From Acaryochloris thomasi RCC1774 (lineage in GTDB: Bacteria > Cyanobacteriota > Cyanobacteriia > Thermosynechococcales > Thermosynechococcaceae): a stretch of DNA of 32,000 nt. Of the stretch, positions 31,727-32,000 are shown piece by piece. The DNA is taken from NCBI RefSeq assembly GCF_003231495.1, contig NZ_PQWO01000003.1, positions 90,001 through 122,000 of the forward strand, given 5' to 3'. The notes under the pieces were generated by a model. The model was not told the DNA's origin, searched no databases, and saw only the letters and a program-made list of their open reading frames with translations. The position numbers and the translations under genes were made by a program. Every line of letters begins with the position of its first letter. Positions within the stretch are counted from its first letter, which is position 1.

Positions 31727-32000
<274 letters not shown>

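Overview
The window looks like a cyanobacterial chromosomal segment. I counted 19 exact copies of the HIP1 palindrome GCGATCGC by eye, against about 0.5 expected by chance, and most genes look to be roughly 50-60% G+C. I can support about 35 protein-coding genes and 2 tRNAs.

Most of the content is housekeeping:
- metY-metX (direct-sulfhydrylation methionine pathway)
- thyX
- an S41 C-terminal processing protease
- glyS
- rpmB preceded by tRNA-Ser(GCU)
- a UbiH/COQ6-type flavin hydroxylase
- pyk with a C-terminal PEP-utiliser domain
- pyrE
- a tRNA with a CAU anticodon
- a CNNM/TlyC-type membrane protein
- lnt
- the 3' end of lysS

The less ordinary content is:
- an AT-rich orphan two-partner-secretion (TPS/haemagglutination-domain) gene at the left end
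- two convergent secreted pentapeptide-repeat paralogs plus a Cys-containing secreted protein
- a 558-aa mini-lipoxygenase lying downstream of a co-oriented ArnC-like GT2 and a saccharopine-dehydrogenase-like oxidoreductase
- a DUF2997-ycf35(DUF1257)-[4Fe-4S] ferredoxin cluster
- a solitary Uma2 nuclease
- a 2H phosphoesterase directly after rpmB
- an ArnT-like glycosyltransferase followed by a small membrane-anchored beta-sandwich protein
- a cysteine-free Rrf2 regulator divergent from pyk
- a TPR gene plus a coiled-coil J-domain gene

I found no transposase, integrase, CRISPR array, rRNA or recognisable defence system. I could not identify a clear-cut novel multi-gene system. The findings are leads ranked by interest, and most of their functional content is inference. 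Several start codons were moved inward from the ORF track, which counts TTG/GTG starts as M, to the first ATG or a start with a plausible ribosome-binding site.
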